Of a DNA stretch of 64,000 bases, positions 27,846-37,529 are shown in pieces (position 1 is the stretch's first letter; every line of letters begins with the position of its first letter). This stretch comes from a virus: the IMG/VR virus record IMGVR_UViG_3300032213_002091, positions 1-64,000 of that record; one strand, given 5' to 3'. The notes beneath the pieces are model-generated. The model was not told the origin of the DNA and did no database searches. It saw only the letters and a program-made list of their open reading frames with translations. Made by a program: the position numbers and the translations under genes.

Positions 27846-28649
27846 ATGCACCAGCCCAAACTCAGAGCTTCTGAATTTGTAAGCCAGTTTGTTGCAATGC
27901 TCAATGCAACTGAGGCGAACATGAAGTTTGCTGGACTGCCTCGGGGAACGCTTCGTGGAACGATTGTGGATATCAACGATCCGCTGGATCGGGGAAGAGT
28001 GAAGGTCATCTTTGACGACCACAACATCGAAATTCCCCAAATCTCTGGTGCCACCGGAGAGTTTTCCGCCGAGCGCGAAGGCCAACAAGCCAAACCATCA
28101 CACTGGATTGACACTTCCCCTGCGTTCAAGGGGAAACAACCGAAAGGATTGGTCGGAAAGCGTGTAAACATCGTACCGTCAAGCGGAGAGTACCAGTACG
28201 CCATCCTCCAAGATGTCTTGTACGACCCCCAACTTCTGACTTCAAAGGCAGAGAAAAACCTCAAGATGCCGGACAACAGCACGATGATTCGGCTGCCGGT
28301 ATACCCCGCAGGAAGCCTTCCGCCCGCATCCAAAGAAAACCACGGTTGCACCGTGATTGAAGAAGGGGGGCCAATGAGCTCCGACTGGTTGTGTGTCTGT
28401 CTGAAACGAAACGGCAGCTATATCTGGGTCCGCCACGTTGACTTAGCACATGGTCACGCAGGCGAAAACGATGGAACTCAGCCAAACGACAGCCGTGGCG
28501 ACGCAGAACAGCCTGTCAAGGAGCAATCCATTTGGGACTTTGTTTTCCCCACTTCGGCAAAGGAAATGAGCAAAAACTCTGCTTACGGAACTTCTCCTCG
28601 CCCAAACCCCTACGGCGGAAAAGCCACCTGGTACAAACCTCCCTCTTGA
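27846..28649 (+). CDS. baseplate spike / gpV-gp5 OB-fold protein
   Basis: RGTIVDINDPLDRGRVKV...SHWI; HVDLAHGHAG His cluster. Confidence 0.7.
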   Translation: MHQPKLRASEFVSQFVAMLNATEANMKFAGLPRGTLRGTIVDINDPLDRGRVKVIFDDHNIEIPQISGATGEFSAEREGQQAKPSHWIDTSPAFKGKQPKGLVGKRVNIVPSSGEYQYAILQDVLYDPQLLTSKAEKNLKMPDNSTMIRLPVYPAGSLPPASKENHGCTVIEEGGPMSSDWLCVCLKRNGSYIWVRHVDLAHGHAGENDGTQPNDSRGDAEQPVKEQSIWDFVFPTSAKEMSKNSAYGTSPRPNPYGGKATWYKPPS

Positions 28650-28652
28650 ACT

Positions 28653-29075
28653 ATGGCAATTCGTCGTCCCGGAATTCAATCGCCCACTTGGCTCTTTCAG
28701 GATTTTCTTTACTTTGAAGATCCTCCGAGTGAGTTACGATACCTATTGGTGAAGTGGGACGGTGAGATTTTCGATCGAGTCTCAGAAACTTTCGACTATA
28801 GCAATCCGCCTTACGCTGACGATGAGCAGCGCGGCGGTTCAATCGTTGCTCGAATCGACTACACGATCGAAGGTTTTCTTGTTACAATCGACTCCTGGGA
28901 GGTGAACTGGAGGGACGAGTGGCCGCTCCGGTTGGCTTCGAATTACCTTCGAAATTGCAAATACCGGGAGTTGGACGGTTACGTCATTCAAGTTCCACAA
29001 GACGCTTATTCGTTCTGGGTGAGTGAGTACTTCCACCCGTTCTCCAACGACCCTCGTACCAATCTTTATAGCTGA
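28653..29075 (+). CDS. hypothetical protein (140 aa)
   Basis: Tightly packed ATG ORF in the operon. Confidence 0.6.
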   Translation: MAIRRPGIQSPTWLFQDFLYFEDPPSELRYLLVKWDGEIFDRVSETFDYSNPPYADDEQRGGSIVARIDYTIEGFLVTIDSWEVNWRDEWPLRLASNYLRNCKYRELDGYVIQVPQDAYSFWVSEYFHPFSNDPRTNLYS

Positions 29076-29083
29076 GGAAGCTG

Positions 29084-30163
29084 ATGGCTGCGCCTAAGAT
29101 CAAGGAAATTCTAGTTTCGACACCGACGACGGTTGTTCTGTACTTTGACGCGCCACTGGACACAAATGTTCCGGTTCCGCTTACTTCCTTTACCGTCAAC
29201 TACGGGCAGTACGGGGTGGAAACCCTGATCTATTCTTCGGACACGATGGTGTCTCTTGGGTTGGACAGCACTCTAACTCCCTGGGACCAAGCATTCGTTT
29301 CCTACGAGCCGCCTCTTGACCTCAACCTTTGCCTGCGCGGGCCGATTCCCCCTACGGCGAACGACGTTGTCAAGAAACGCAATGCCTCTCGCGCTTTTTA
29401 TCGCGTTGCAGCGAGAAACACTCTTGCACCGGATGAAACAACCGATGGCTCTCGAGTTCAGTCTAACCTGGGCCAAACCATCGGCGGATACGGTTTCCCT
29501 TACCAGAACCGTTCCGGCGTACTCACAAACAACAAGACCGACCCAAGGAGTGCCTCACCCGACGACTTCATTATCGCGTTCGGCCTCAAAGAAGCCATTC
29601 AGCTAACAAACATTGATGACGCAGCAGCCACGACAGTGAATGTGGCGAAGCTGCACATGGCGATTCAAGACGCCAACTCTCTGATTGACTCGTATATTGA
29701 GCAGTCGGGTAAGGCTGGCATGGTGCTAATCACAAGCAATCGCCGCCGCACCGCACTCACAATCGCCCGTTACTACCTCGACACGGTTCGCCGCAGAGAA
29801 GACGTCTACAAGGATTACGACGCCGCTCTGAAGCAGATGCAGGCCGAGATGGGAATGACTGCGATTCGCGCAGGAAATGGGGACTCCGCCATTGATACGC
29901 CTCAGGGAATTATGCGGTCCTGGCGCATTCCTCAACGTTACAACTCGGTTTCTGGCAAAGGTCTTTCAGGCTGGACAACCGACACCGCTGGAGACCAGGC
30001 CCCGGATTACCGCTTCGGTTGGGGCGCAATCGGGCAGAATAACGACTTCCCGAACTGGATTACGGCCAACAATTTCCTGGAGTTGGGCGGAACGCTGCAG
30101 ATTGCTGAACCGAACGATGCTGGCGGCTGGTATATCGACGGCTCAAACACGAATTTCCCGTAA
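29084..30163 (+). CDS. head-tail adaptor, DUF1320 / Mu gp36-like, with N-terminal Ig-like (SwmB-like) domain
   Basis: FGLKEAIQLTN...AIQDANSLIDSYI...IARYYLD...YDAALKQ; N-terminal VVLYFDAPLD...SFTVN. Confidence 0.72.
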   Translation: MAAPKIKEILVSTPTTVVLYFDAPLDTNVPVPLTSFTVNYGQYGVETLIYSSDTMVSLGLDSTLTPWDQAFVSYEPPLDLNLCLRGPIPPTANDVVKKRNASRAFYRVAARNTLAPDETTDGSRVQSNLGQTIGGYGFPYQNRSGVLTNNKTDPRSASPDDFIIAFGLKEAIQLTNIDDAAATTVNVAKLHMAIQDANSLIDSYIEQSGKAGMVLITSNRRRTALTIARYYLDTVRRREDVYKDYDAALKQMQAEMGMTAIRAGNGDSAIDTPQGIMRSWRIPQRYNSVSGKGLSGWTTDTAGDQAPDYRFGWGAIGQNNDFPNWITANNFLELGGTLQIAEPNDAGGWYIDGSNTNFP

Positions 30164-30166
30164 ACC

Positions 30167-31384
30167 ATGGAATTGAATACAATCAGTCGTATCGAGCAGT
30201 TCATTGTTGATGCTCTTGTTGCCTCCCCCCTGATTCCAATCAGCGTGAATGTTCTTCGCCTCGCAGACGCGATCGAAAACGAGGGAGTGGTGCAGCAAAC
30301 TAACAACATCGTCGTGCGTTACACGGGTTCTTCAAACACAGTCAAGAATCGCATTCCGATGGTTTTCGAGCGGAGTATGAGCTTCGAGCTGAACTTCTCC
30401 TGCCAAAACTATCTCACCTCCTCGGGTCACGATTTCGCCACTCAACTTCTTGCAGGCGCTTTCAACACGATAAACGGCAGTGTTCCGTCCGGTGCGTCAG
30501 TGCAGACGATCGAACCTTTCACGTGTCAAAACGAACTGTTCACTGGCATCAGTCCCGAATCTCAGTACACCTACACTCAAACTTACGTTCTCACGATTGA
30601 GGAAACGCTGCCGTATGTTGCCCTTGACCCTTGCGTTCAACGTGGCGATTGCCGGCAAATCTTTCCGGGACCGAACGTTGAAACGCGCCTTCCCCTGGCC
30701 GGAGTTGTTGACACTGCAAGCGGAGAGATTTACGTTCCGTGGTACACGGGAATCAAGTTACCCCTGGAAGACTATTCCGCCCCGTACGGTGTTCGTTGGA
30801 GCAATCCTGCGACTTCGTCAGGAAACTGGGTGTTTGTTTGCGACCCGGACACGGTATTCCTCCCAGATCCACTCAACCAACCGATTTATCTTTTGAGCAA
30901 CAACAGCTATACTGAAGATGGCAGGTTAGTTGTGACCGTCTGGGACGCCGAGACCTCGGAACCGATTGAGGAAGTTTTCTACTCGCCGACCGGAAAGTTT
31001 TTGGCGCGGTACGCGATCGAGCTGTGGAATGACGTCGCAGGCAAAGCCGATCCGATTTCCGACCGGGCTTCAAAATATGCTGAGTGGTTCACAGGCATGA
31101 ACGTAGGTGAGTTTGCGGTCATTACCGGAGCGTACACCTTCTTGAACATCGACCCGCTGAACCCGGAGGCAAAACAACTGTACCTCGAGGGCGGTTCCGT
31201 GATCGGAATTGTCCCCGAGACGTTCATTCAGACCCCGAAGGGAAGGTACTACTTTGTGGCTAAATCTCCTCAAGGGAAAGGGTGGATTCTGGAAGATACA
31301 TTCCAGCTCGCCTCTATCAACTCACTGTGGAAGTTAGGTTGCGTTCCCTGTGAAGGCAATCCCGGTCCCATCGCCCCTTGTTAA
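30167..31384 (+). CDS. tail terminator / Mu gp37-like protein with C-terminal extension
   Basis: IEQFIVDAL...IVVRYTGS...FELNF; follows the gp36-like gene. Confidence 0.55.
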   Translation: MELNTISRIEQFIVDALVASPLIPISVNVLRLADAIENEGVVQQTNNIVVRYTGSSNTVKNRIPMVFERSMSFELNFSCQNYLTSSGHDFATQLLAGAFNTINGSVPSGASVQTIEPFTCQNELFTGISPESQYTYTQTYVLTIEETLPYVALDPCVQRGDCRQIFPGPNVETRLPLAGVVDTASGEIYVPWYTGIKLPLEDYSAPYGVRWSNPATSSGNWVFVCDPDTVFLPDPLNQPIYLLSNNSYTEDGRLVVTVWDAETSEPIEEVFYSPTGKFLARYAIELWNDVAGKADPISDRASKYAEWFTGMNVGEFAVITGAYTFLNIDPLNPEAKQLYLEGGSVIGIVPETFIQTPKGRYYFVAKSPQGKGWILEDTFQLASINSLWKLGCVPCEGNPGPIAPC

Positions 31385-31542
31385 TGGACTCATCACAAGA
31401 ACTTTGGAACAGTTACCACATCGCCGTGCAGCGCGGCGACATGGAAGAAGCAAAGAAGATCTTGCAAAAGATCGTGTCATACAAGGGGAATCCCCCGCCA
31501 CCGAGAGGTGGTTGCTCCAAATGTAGAAAGAGGCTTTACTGA
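31384..31542 (+). CDS. small hypothetical protein (52 aa, ends GGCSKCRKRLY), not in the ORF track
   Basis: TAATG and TGATG coupling on both sides. Confidence 0.6.
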   Translation: MDSSQELWNSYHIAVQRGDMEEAKKILQKIVSYKGNPPPPRGGCSKCRKRLY

Positions 31543-31820
31543 TGGCTAAATCACGCGAAGACATTATCAAGCAGAAAGAGATTCTGGCTCAAGACACCCT
31601 TCTTGTGGCGAAAGACGCTCTGGATCAGCTTGCCAACCAGATGGAAGAGTGCTCCACTCGCGACCTCGTTTCCATCTTCAACAGTGCGATCAAAGCGCAC
31701 AGAGAAATTACTTCGGACATCGTTGCCCTGACCCAAGTTGATTCAAAAAGCGAGCAGGAATTAGCTGTTGCGTACGACGGAAAAGTTGGGGAGCTTCTGA
31801 AAAAACTGACGGGGGATTGA
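31542..31820 (+). CDS. candidate terminase small subunit
   Basis: Helical 92-aa protein immediately before terL; position only. Confidence 0.45.
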   Translation: MAKSREDIIKQKEILAQDTLLVAKDALDQLANQMEECSTRDLVSIFNSAIKAHREITSDIVALTQVDSKSEQELAVAYDGKVGELLKKLTGD

Positions 31821-31821
31821 T

Positions 31822-33555
31822 ATGCGTCCCGTAATCACGAAAGCCAGCCAGCTCGAAGAACACAGCTCGTGGAGAAAATACCAGCGAGGCATACGTGAAC
31901 TGACGCTTATGGAAGCACCACGCATGGTGATTCAGGATTTTCGGTACAAAGCTGCTCGCGATTGTTTTCTTGCTTTTTGCGACATTATGAAGCACGGCGA
32001 CCTGCAGGTTGCCCCGTTTCATGAACTGATCGGCTCAGCGTTTGAAGACCTTGCTACGCGAAGGTACAAGCGATTGATTGTTTCCTGCCCGCCACGATCG
32101 GGGAAGTCAATGCTTGCGACCATGTTCCTAGCATGGCTTCTCGGGCGAGACCAAAGGACACAACACGTCATTGCCTCTTACGGTGCGTCCCTCTCCTTCA
32201 AATTTCACCGTGAAGTAGTTCACATGATGAAGTCGAAGGAGTTCAAGCGGGTGTTCCCTGAGTGGCTTGGATTCTCACCGGACTCAAAGTATGACATGGT
32301 CGGCGGCGGTTACATTCTTGCCACTTCCGTTGGCGGGGTTCTAACCGGTTTCACCGCCGGAACAACAGATATGGACAGCCCTGGCGTTGGCGCCATGGTG
32401 ATTGACGACCCGCTCAAATCTTCGGACTCTAAACAAGCACTCGACAACCTTGAATCTTGGTGGCAAGAGCAGGCGTCCACCCGAAGAACCAACCACTACT
32501 GCCAGATGGTTATCGCAACTCGCTTCCACGAGAAAGATTTGCATGGCGTTCTGATGGAAGGCGACGGCCTTTACGACGAAGTTCACAACCCGTTTGGTTG
32601 GCGTTGGATCAATATCGCAGGACTTTGCGAAGACCCGCGCACTGACCCGCTTGAGCGGCAGATCGGTGATTCGCATTGGGGTGACAATCCGACTTTTTCT
32701 GTGCCGATGCTTGAGTCGCAGAAGAAGATTATGGGAAGCTTCAAATTTGCGGCGCTTTACCAAGGCGTTCCCGTTGCTGCGGAAGGCCAGATTGTCAAGA
32801 ACAGTTGGATTGAGGTTATCGAAGAAGAAGATTGCCCGCCACTTGATGTCGTGTGGTTAGCGGCTGACTGCGCTTTCTCCGAGAAACAAATGGCGGACGA
32901 AACCGCGATTTGCGTGGCTGGGATTAGTATGCGAGATCCGACTGTGATCTACATTCGGGAGATCGTGAAAGGTCGATGGGGTTTCCCCGACTTGGTTGAA
33001 GCCGTGAAGCAAAACTACACATATTATCAGGCAAAAGTTCTATGTATCGAAAAAGCAGCTTCGGGGCACTCTCTCATTCAAGTTCTTCGAAAAGAAGCGA
33101 GAGTTCCGATCGAAGAGATGAAGCCGTTGAAGTCGAAGACTACGAGACTTCAGGCCGTTTGTCCTTTACTGGAGAACAGCCGGGTTAAACTGGTTCAAGG
33201 GCACTGGACTGACACATTCATCAAGGAATTAACCTCATTCCCGTTTGTCCGTCACGACGACAGTACGGACGCTTTTGCTTGGGCGCTCACTTACTATGCA
33301 ATGAAAATGGACGTTGTTGATCGTAACCTGCAGGACACGATTATTCAAAACAAGCGATTCAAAGGAGATTTACTTCGCGATGGGCTCGGGGATAAGTCCG
33401 TCTTTGGGGAAATTCGCACAGGACGGCAGAAGTTGTTCTCGGGCGACACCGCAATTAACGACCCGGACTACGACGCTTCAACGATGGGTGTTGATGCTCG
33501 TTCACCTTTCGTGAGCGGAAGACGGGGTGGAAGAGGACGACTCGGCTACGAATGA
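31822..33555 (+). CDS. terL: terminase large subunit
   Basis: Walker A CPPRSGKS, Walker B MVIDDP, ATRFHEKDL, ALYQG, IEKAASG, FPFVRHDDSTDA. Confidence 0.93.
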   Translation: MRPVITKASQLEEHSSWRKYQRGIRELTLMEAPRMVIQDFRYKAARDCFLAFCDIMKHGDLQVAPFHELIGSAFEDLATRRYKRLIVSCPPRSGKSMLATMFLAWLLGRDQRTQHVIASYGASLSFKFHREVVHMMKSKEFKRVFPEWLGFSPDSKYDMVGGGYILATSVGGVLTGFTAGTTDMDSPGVGAMVIDDPLKSSDSKQALDNLESWWQEQASTRRTNHYCQMVIATRFHEKDLHGVLMEGDGLYDEVHNPFGWRWINIAGLCEDPRTDPLERQIGDSHWGDNPTFSVPMLESQKKIMGSFKFAALYQGVPVAAEGQIVKNSWIEVIEEEDCPPLDVVWLAADCAFSEKQMADETAICVAGISMRDPTVIYIREIVKGRWGFPDLVEAVKQNYTYYQAKVLCIEKAASGHSLIQVLRKEARVPIEEMKPLKSKTTRLQAVCPLLENSRVKLVQGHWTDTFIKELTSFPFVRHDDSTDAFAWALTYYAMKMDVVDRNLQDTIIQNKRFKGDLLRDGLGDKSVFGEIRTGRQKLFSGDTAINDPDYDASTMGVDARSPFVSGRRGGRGRLGYE

Positions 33556-33617
33556 GTGGTGATCTGGTAACCACCACTCTATAATCTAAAAGTTGCTGTT
33601 GTTTACAACAGATTACC

Positions 33618-33815
33618 ATGGCTATTCATCCGACTGACTTTAACAGTGAGATTATGCGTGCCGAACACGGCACTGTGGTATTGGCAACTTCGCCAATAGC
33701 TGACCAGTATTTGGCAAAAGCAAGGGACAAACAATACAACGTGCCGACCGACCGGTACTCTCGATGGTGTGGCGGAAAAGGCGGATTCGATGACTTCGCA
33801 GAGCGACTTCACTGA
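33618..33815 (+). CDS. hypothetical protein (65 aa)
   Basis: ATG ORF after a GAGTGGTG/CACCACTC hairpin and a TATAAT; converges on the desaturase. Confidence 0.55.
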   Translation: MAIHPTDFNSEIMRAEHGTVVLATSPIADQYLAKARDKQYNVPTDRYSRWCGGKGGFDDFAERLH

Positions 33816-33818
33816 GAG

Positions 33819-34508
33819 TTAAACTCGCTCCAGTGAAGAAGCTGCCCAGTAAATAAGATCGAATTTGTGCATCTTTTTTCGTTCAGGGTGACGGTGGTGG
33901 TCAGAATGAAACTCTTCTCCCCACATCAAGGGGTACAACAGGGGGAGATTCAAAGCACTGCCCCCTTCACCCTCACCTAAGTGATTCACAATGAAGATGA
34001 GGTTCAGCATCCAGAAAGAAACCACTGGTATGAAAGGGAACACCAGAGAGGAAAGTAGGAAAAAATTAGCATTATTTCGATGCTGCAGGCAAATCTCTGG
34101 ATCTCGCAGATACCTGACGTAGGATTTCACCGGCGGGTAGAATGTTTCGTCCCAACGCTTGAAAACGGTTCTCACGAGCCCTATCCTGCGAAAATCGTGA
34201 GGGTCTAGAGTCGTATCGGTGTGCTTGTGATGTTCAACATGAACGGCGCAACTCACTGCAAGACTTCCGAATCCGCACATCGAGAAAAGATCGCACAGAA
34301 ACTTCTTGACACGGCGTGAAAATTGAAACTGATTGTGGGCCACCGCCCTATGCATAAACGCATACGAGGCGATGTTGAAGCTGAGCAGTCCCACGAACAA
34401 GGCAGCCAGCATATAGGTGTAGCCGAACACGTAGGAATACACGCCAAAGGTAATATGGCTTAGCGCGTAGAGAGTGGCGTACAGCCTGACGCTTCTTTGC
34501 AATTTCAT
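33819..34508 (-). CDS. membrane fatty acid desaturase (delta-9-like)
   Basis: His boxes HRAVAH, HVEHHKH and HSDHHRH; DPH and WGEEFH motifs; hydrophobic helices. ATG 34508 is preferred. Confidence 0.85.
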   Translation of the reverse strand: MKLQRSVRLYATLYALSHITFGVYSYVFGYTYMLAALFVGLLSFNIASYAFMHRAVAHNQFQFSRRVKKFLCDLFSMCGFGSLAVSCAVHVEHHKHTDTTLDPHDFRRIGLVRTVFKRWDETFYPPVKSYVRYLRDPEICLQHRNNANFFLLSSLVFPFIPVVSFWMLNLIFIVNHLGEGEGGSALNLPLLYPLMWGEEFHSDHHRHPERKKMHKFDLIYWAASSLERV

Positions 34509-34509
34509 C

Positions 34510-34962
34510 TTAACCTGCTGCACTAAAGTCCCTGAAGTAAAGACCAAGTTTGAGAGAGGGCTTAAACTGAAACCGTTTTAGAAGTTTGTCCGAGATTTTA
34601 CCATTCTTTCGGAGAACAGCCACCCCTTTTACGCAAGGCCGATTCAAATCACGCAAAAGTTTGAAGGTTCTTTCTAGAATTTTAGGTCTATCCCCGTGGT
34701 TCGGTAGAATAAAGACCCCTAAATAGTAGTATTTGCCCTTCAGGTACGGGGAGTATCTGGCATCCCCTGTAACCGTTCCGACAACTGTATTGGTGGGATT
34801 GTGTAAAATCGCCATTACGACTTTGTTAACCCGTACTTTCGCAAGATTGAGGCTGTAAACTTTGTTGTTCACCCATAACTCTACAGCTTGAGTTTGGACA
34901 ACCGCAGATTTCAGGCCGTCGCCGAAGAGTAAGCTGTATTCGGTAGTTTGATCTTCAGTCAC
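34510..34962 (-). CDS. hypothetical protein co-transcribed with the desaturase
   Basis: GTG start; stop 1 nt before the desaturase ATG; preceded by a minus-strand GGGTAAAA. Confidence 0.6.
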   Translation of the reverse strand: MTEDQTTEYSLLFGDGLKSAVVQTQAVELWVNNKVYSLNLAKVRVNKVVMAILHNPTNTVVGTVTGDARYSPYLKGKYYYLGVFILPNHGDRPKILERTFKLLRDLNRPCVKGVAVLRKNGKISDKLLKRFQFKPSLKLGLYFRDFSAAG

Positions 34963-34993
34963 ATCTCAAAGGGGAATGACCAATGTATTTCGA

Positions 34994-35001
34994 TTTTACC
35001 C
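34994..35001 (-). promoter_or_regulatory. GGGTAAAA motif (minus strand)
   Basis: TTTTACCC 31 nt upstream of the minus-strand gene start at 34962. Confidence 0.7.
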
Positions 35002-35025
35002 ACCAGCCTGTGTTCGTTGAGAGTG

Positions 35026-35033
35026 GGGTAAAA
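35026..35033 (+). promoter_or_regulatory. GGGTAAAA motif
   Basis: Divergent partner of the 34994 copy; upstream of the phoH leader. Confidence 0.7.
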
Positions 35034-35159
35034 TTCACTGTACGAGTTGCCCTTCCAACCATGACTCGTTCCATTCGTTCTGAAGGGGGTGATAAGGATG
35101 TAATCCTGTTAAGCAGCAAAGTGTATGACCTACCCACCGACTGTATCACTCCCTTAAAC

Positions 35160-35882
35160 ATGTTAGATTCAAAGACAAAGCGCAAGGCTCGCCGTGCTGA
35201 AAATGCCCAGATGCTAGAACAATCCTACCACAAAGGAATGGATGTCATGCCTCCCAAGTTTCTGACTTGGCGGCAAGAAGATCTGTGGAATTCCCTCAAG
35301 AAAAACACTGTTACTCTCGCCCATGGCTGTGCCGGAACCGGGAAAACGCTGATTGCGTTGCATTACGGATTGTATGGTGTCGCCTCCGGCGATTTCAACA
35401 AAGTGTACTACGTTCGAAGTGACGTGGGTGTTGAATTCCAGCGCGGGCGCGGAGCGCTGCCTGGAGACCTTTCCGAGAAGATCGCACCCCTGATTGCGCC
35501 TGTTCTTGACAACTTGCCCTGCATCATGAGATCGCACGGTGCAAGTGAGTACCTGCTGAACAAGAAAATTATCGAGCCTGTTCTCCTGGAAGACATTCGG
35601 GGACGCTCACTCAACGAGGCTTTCATCATTGTTGATGAGGCTCAGAATTTCCTCCCTTCACAAATCAAAACCGTCCTGACTCGCGTCGGCAAAGATTCGA
35701 AGATCCTTCTGATTGGTGACACGAAGCAGACCGATATGGAAGTGTTTCGAAGGGAAAATGGTTTGGTCGACGCTATTCACCGACTGCGCCACCTGTCGGA
35801 AGTTGGAATCGTAGAGTTCTCAAAAGAGGACATCGTTCGTAACTCCGTTATCGCTCACATTCTCGACCGTTACGAAGACTGA
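35160..35882 (+). CDS. phoH: PhoH family ATPase
   Basis: GCAGTGKT, GALPGDLSEK, IRGRSL, IIVDEAQN, LTRVGKDSK, GDTKQTD, DIVRN. Start is set at ATG 35160 because both promoter motifs lie in the longer track ORF. Confidence 0.92.
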   Translation: MLDSKTKRKARRAENAQMLEQSYHKGMDVMPPKFLTWRQEDLWNSLKKNTVTLAHGCAGTGKTLIALHYGLYGVASGDFNKVYYVRSDVGVEFQRGRGALPGDLSEKIAPLIAPVLDNLPCIMRSHGASEYLLNKKIIEPVLLEDIRGRSLNEAFIIVDEAQNFLPSQIKTVLTRVGKDSKILLIGDTKQTDMEVFRRENGLVDAIHRLRHLSEVGIVEFSKEDIVRNSVIAHILDRYED

Positions 35883-35887
35883 TTGCA

Positions 35888-37525
35888 ATGGGAAGTAAGT
35901 ATCGCTGGTTTGACTTTGCAGACTCTCGCAATCTGCAAGGGGACGACGCAACTGTGGAGCGTCTTGGGCAAAAACAAGGAATCACAGGAGCATCTTCACC
36001 TTTGCCTAGCAAACCAGCGGCTTCCTCCAAATCAGAGGGACCTACTTCTTCTGCTATCCGACAGGCAAACGAAAAGGCTGTTGGGGGGAAGCAGAAAAGA
36101 TGTTCGGTTGGAAAGAAATGTAACGCAACGTGCATCCACATCAATGACGACTGTTTAGTAGGCCTCAGCCCTTCTGTTGGGGCAGCTTTAAGCAGAGTTT
36201 CTAAGATTCTTTCGGAGCAGGTGGAAGGCGGACGAGTTACCGAAGAGACCGCCGAAGAAGTTGTAGAAAAAGTTAAAGAACTGGAACAGTCTCAGACAAA
36301 AGCATTCTCAACGTTTAAGAGTTTACTCGACTCCGGTAAAACCTCCGATGCTGAAGCAGATGGTGTTGCAAAACTTCTCGTTAGCACGATTATCACTCCC
36401 GGCCAAGACCGGAATATCGTTCGCAAAATGAGTTTTGAAGACATTGAGGCCGCCCTTAAGCCCGGCAGACTTGAAGCCCTGGAGCAAGCGTATCAGAAAT
36501 CTTTCAAATCTGACGGTAAGTTTGACCCTTCTCAGAAAGGTGGAATGGGGGACTTGATTAAGTCCACTTTCCTGAAACACGAAATTTCTGATGAGGTTGC
36601 CCAAGCCGCCTATTACATGCTTCCCTCGAAAGTCCGGTCCGCGATCGATAAAGCAGGGGCAGTAAAAGGAACCGCCGTAATGTATGGGGGTGACGACAGT
36701 AATGGAAACCCGACATTCACCGACAAACCTTCACGAGAACGTGGAATTTTCCTTGTGAAACGGTGGATGGAGCAGGGTGGCCTAGATCCATACACTGGAA
36801 GACCCATCGATATTCGCAACGCGGAGCCTGAGCATATGGTTGCGTTTGCTCACGCCCTTGCGAAAGGTGGTGGTGGTGACCAACCGCGAAACCTTTTGTG
36901 GGCGGCACCTCAACCTAACAACCAGAAAGCGGGAGCCGACGATAATTTCGTCACCTGGAAAAAGAATTTGGAAGAATATCGGAAAATGGGTAAAGACCGC
37001 TACGATAACGAAATATACAAACCCGCTTTGCAGGAGTCCGAGTCAACCAAAGGAAAGAAGGGGGCAGCACCAACCGACTTGGCAAATGCTTTGAGTTCAA
37101 CTTCTCCCGAGGAACGTGTGGCCACCACTCGTAAACTCGTTGACTCGTATGGAGATAAAGTTCGCTACCTTGTCCGCGCAGCTGGAGTTGGTTGGCAGCA
37201 CCAGGATCGAGATCTTGATCACAGACTAGGTGGAAAACCAGCCTTCATGAACAACGGGGTTCCGAAGCTACCCGGAACTAATGTTAAACCAAGTACGGCT
37301 GTTCTTATTGCACTTTCCGCAGTTGACCCAGCTAAGCGTGAATCCTTGAAAGAACGACTAGAAGAATTACGGAAAGCTCGCATTTTAACTGATTCCGAAG
37401 CAGCGGCCGTAAGAGGCGACAACTCCGCACGGCTAAGTCTACAGGGGCAAAAGAGTAAAGACTATGGTGATGACCTTGCATCCCTTCTGAACGAGTTTGT
37501 ACCCAACCTTGATTCTTTCTTGTAA
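35888..37525 (+). CDS. Cys4-tagged protein with HNH-type nuclease domain
   Basis: C-x5-C-x3-C-x6-C near the N-terminus; GLDPYTGRPI...EPEHMV...RNLLW...PNNQK is an HNH-like core. Confidence 0.7.
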   Translation: MGSKYRWFDFADSRNLQGDDATVERLGQKQGITGASSPLPSKPAASSKSEGPTSSAIRQANEKAVGGKQKRCSVGKKCNATCIHINDDCLVGLSPSVGAALSRVSKILSEQVEGGRVTEETAEEVVEKVKELEQSQTKAFSTFKSLLDSGKTSDAEADGVAKLLVSTIITPGQDRNIVRKMSFEDIEAALKPGRLEALEQAYQKSFKSDGKFDPSQKGGMGDLIKSTFLKHEISDEVAQAAYYMLPSKVRSAIDKAGAVKGTAVMYGGDDSNGNPTFTDKPSRERGIFLVKRWMEQGGLDPYTGRPIDIRNAEPEHMVAFAHALAKGGGGDQPRNLLWAAPQPNNQKAGADDNFVTWKKNLEEYRKMGKDRYDNEIYKPALQESESTKGKKGAAPTDLANALSSTSPEERVATTRKLVDSYGDKVRYLVRAAGVGWQHQDRDLDHRLGGKPAFMNNGVPKLPGTNVKPSTAVLIALSAVDPAKRESLKERLEELRKARILTDSEAAAVRGDNSARLSLQGQKSKDYGDDLASLLNEFVPNLDSFL

Positions 37526-37529
37526 AACC

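Noticed and set aside
6128-31384. Extracellular contractile injection system or tailocin
   Set aside because: Portal, protease, capsid, terminase and DNA polymerase are present, so this is a phage.
908-33555. Introns or inteins in the polymerase or terminase; stop-codon reassignment
   Set aside because: Both ORFs are continuous and of ordinary size with no intein motifs, and TAA, TAG and TGA all end genes cleanly.
34983-35159. 59-aa N-terminal extension of PhoH from the ORF track
   Set aside because: The segment contains both divergent GGGTAAAA motifs and a strong stem; ATG 35160 gives a normal-sized PhoH.
36760-36930. HNH motif resembling the Cas9/IscB HNH domain
   Set aside because: No RuvC motifs, bridge helix, array or obvious guide RNA; treated as a standalone HNH domain.
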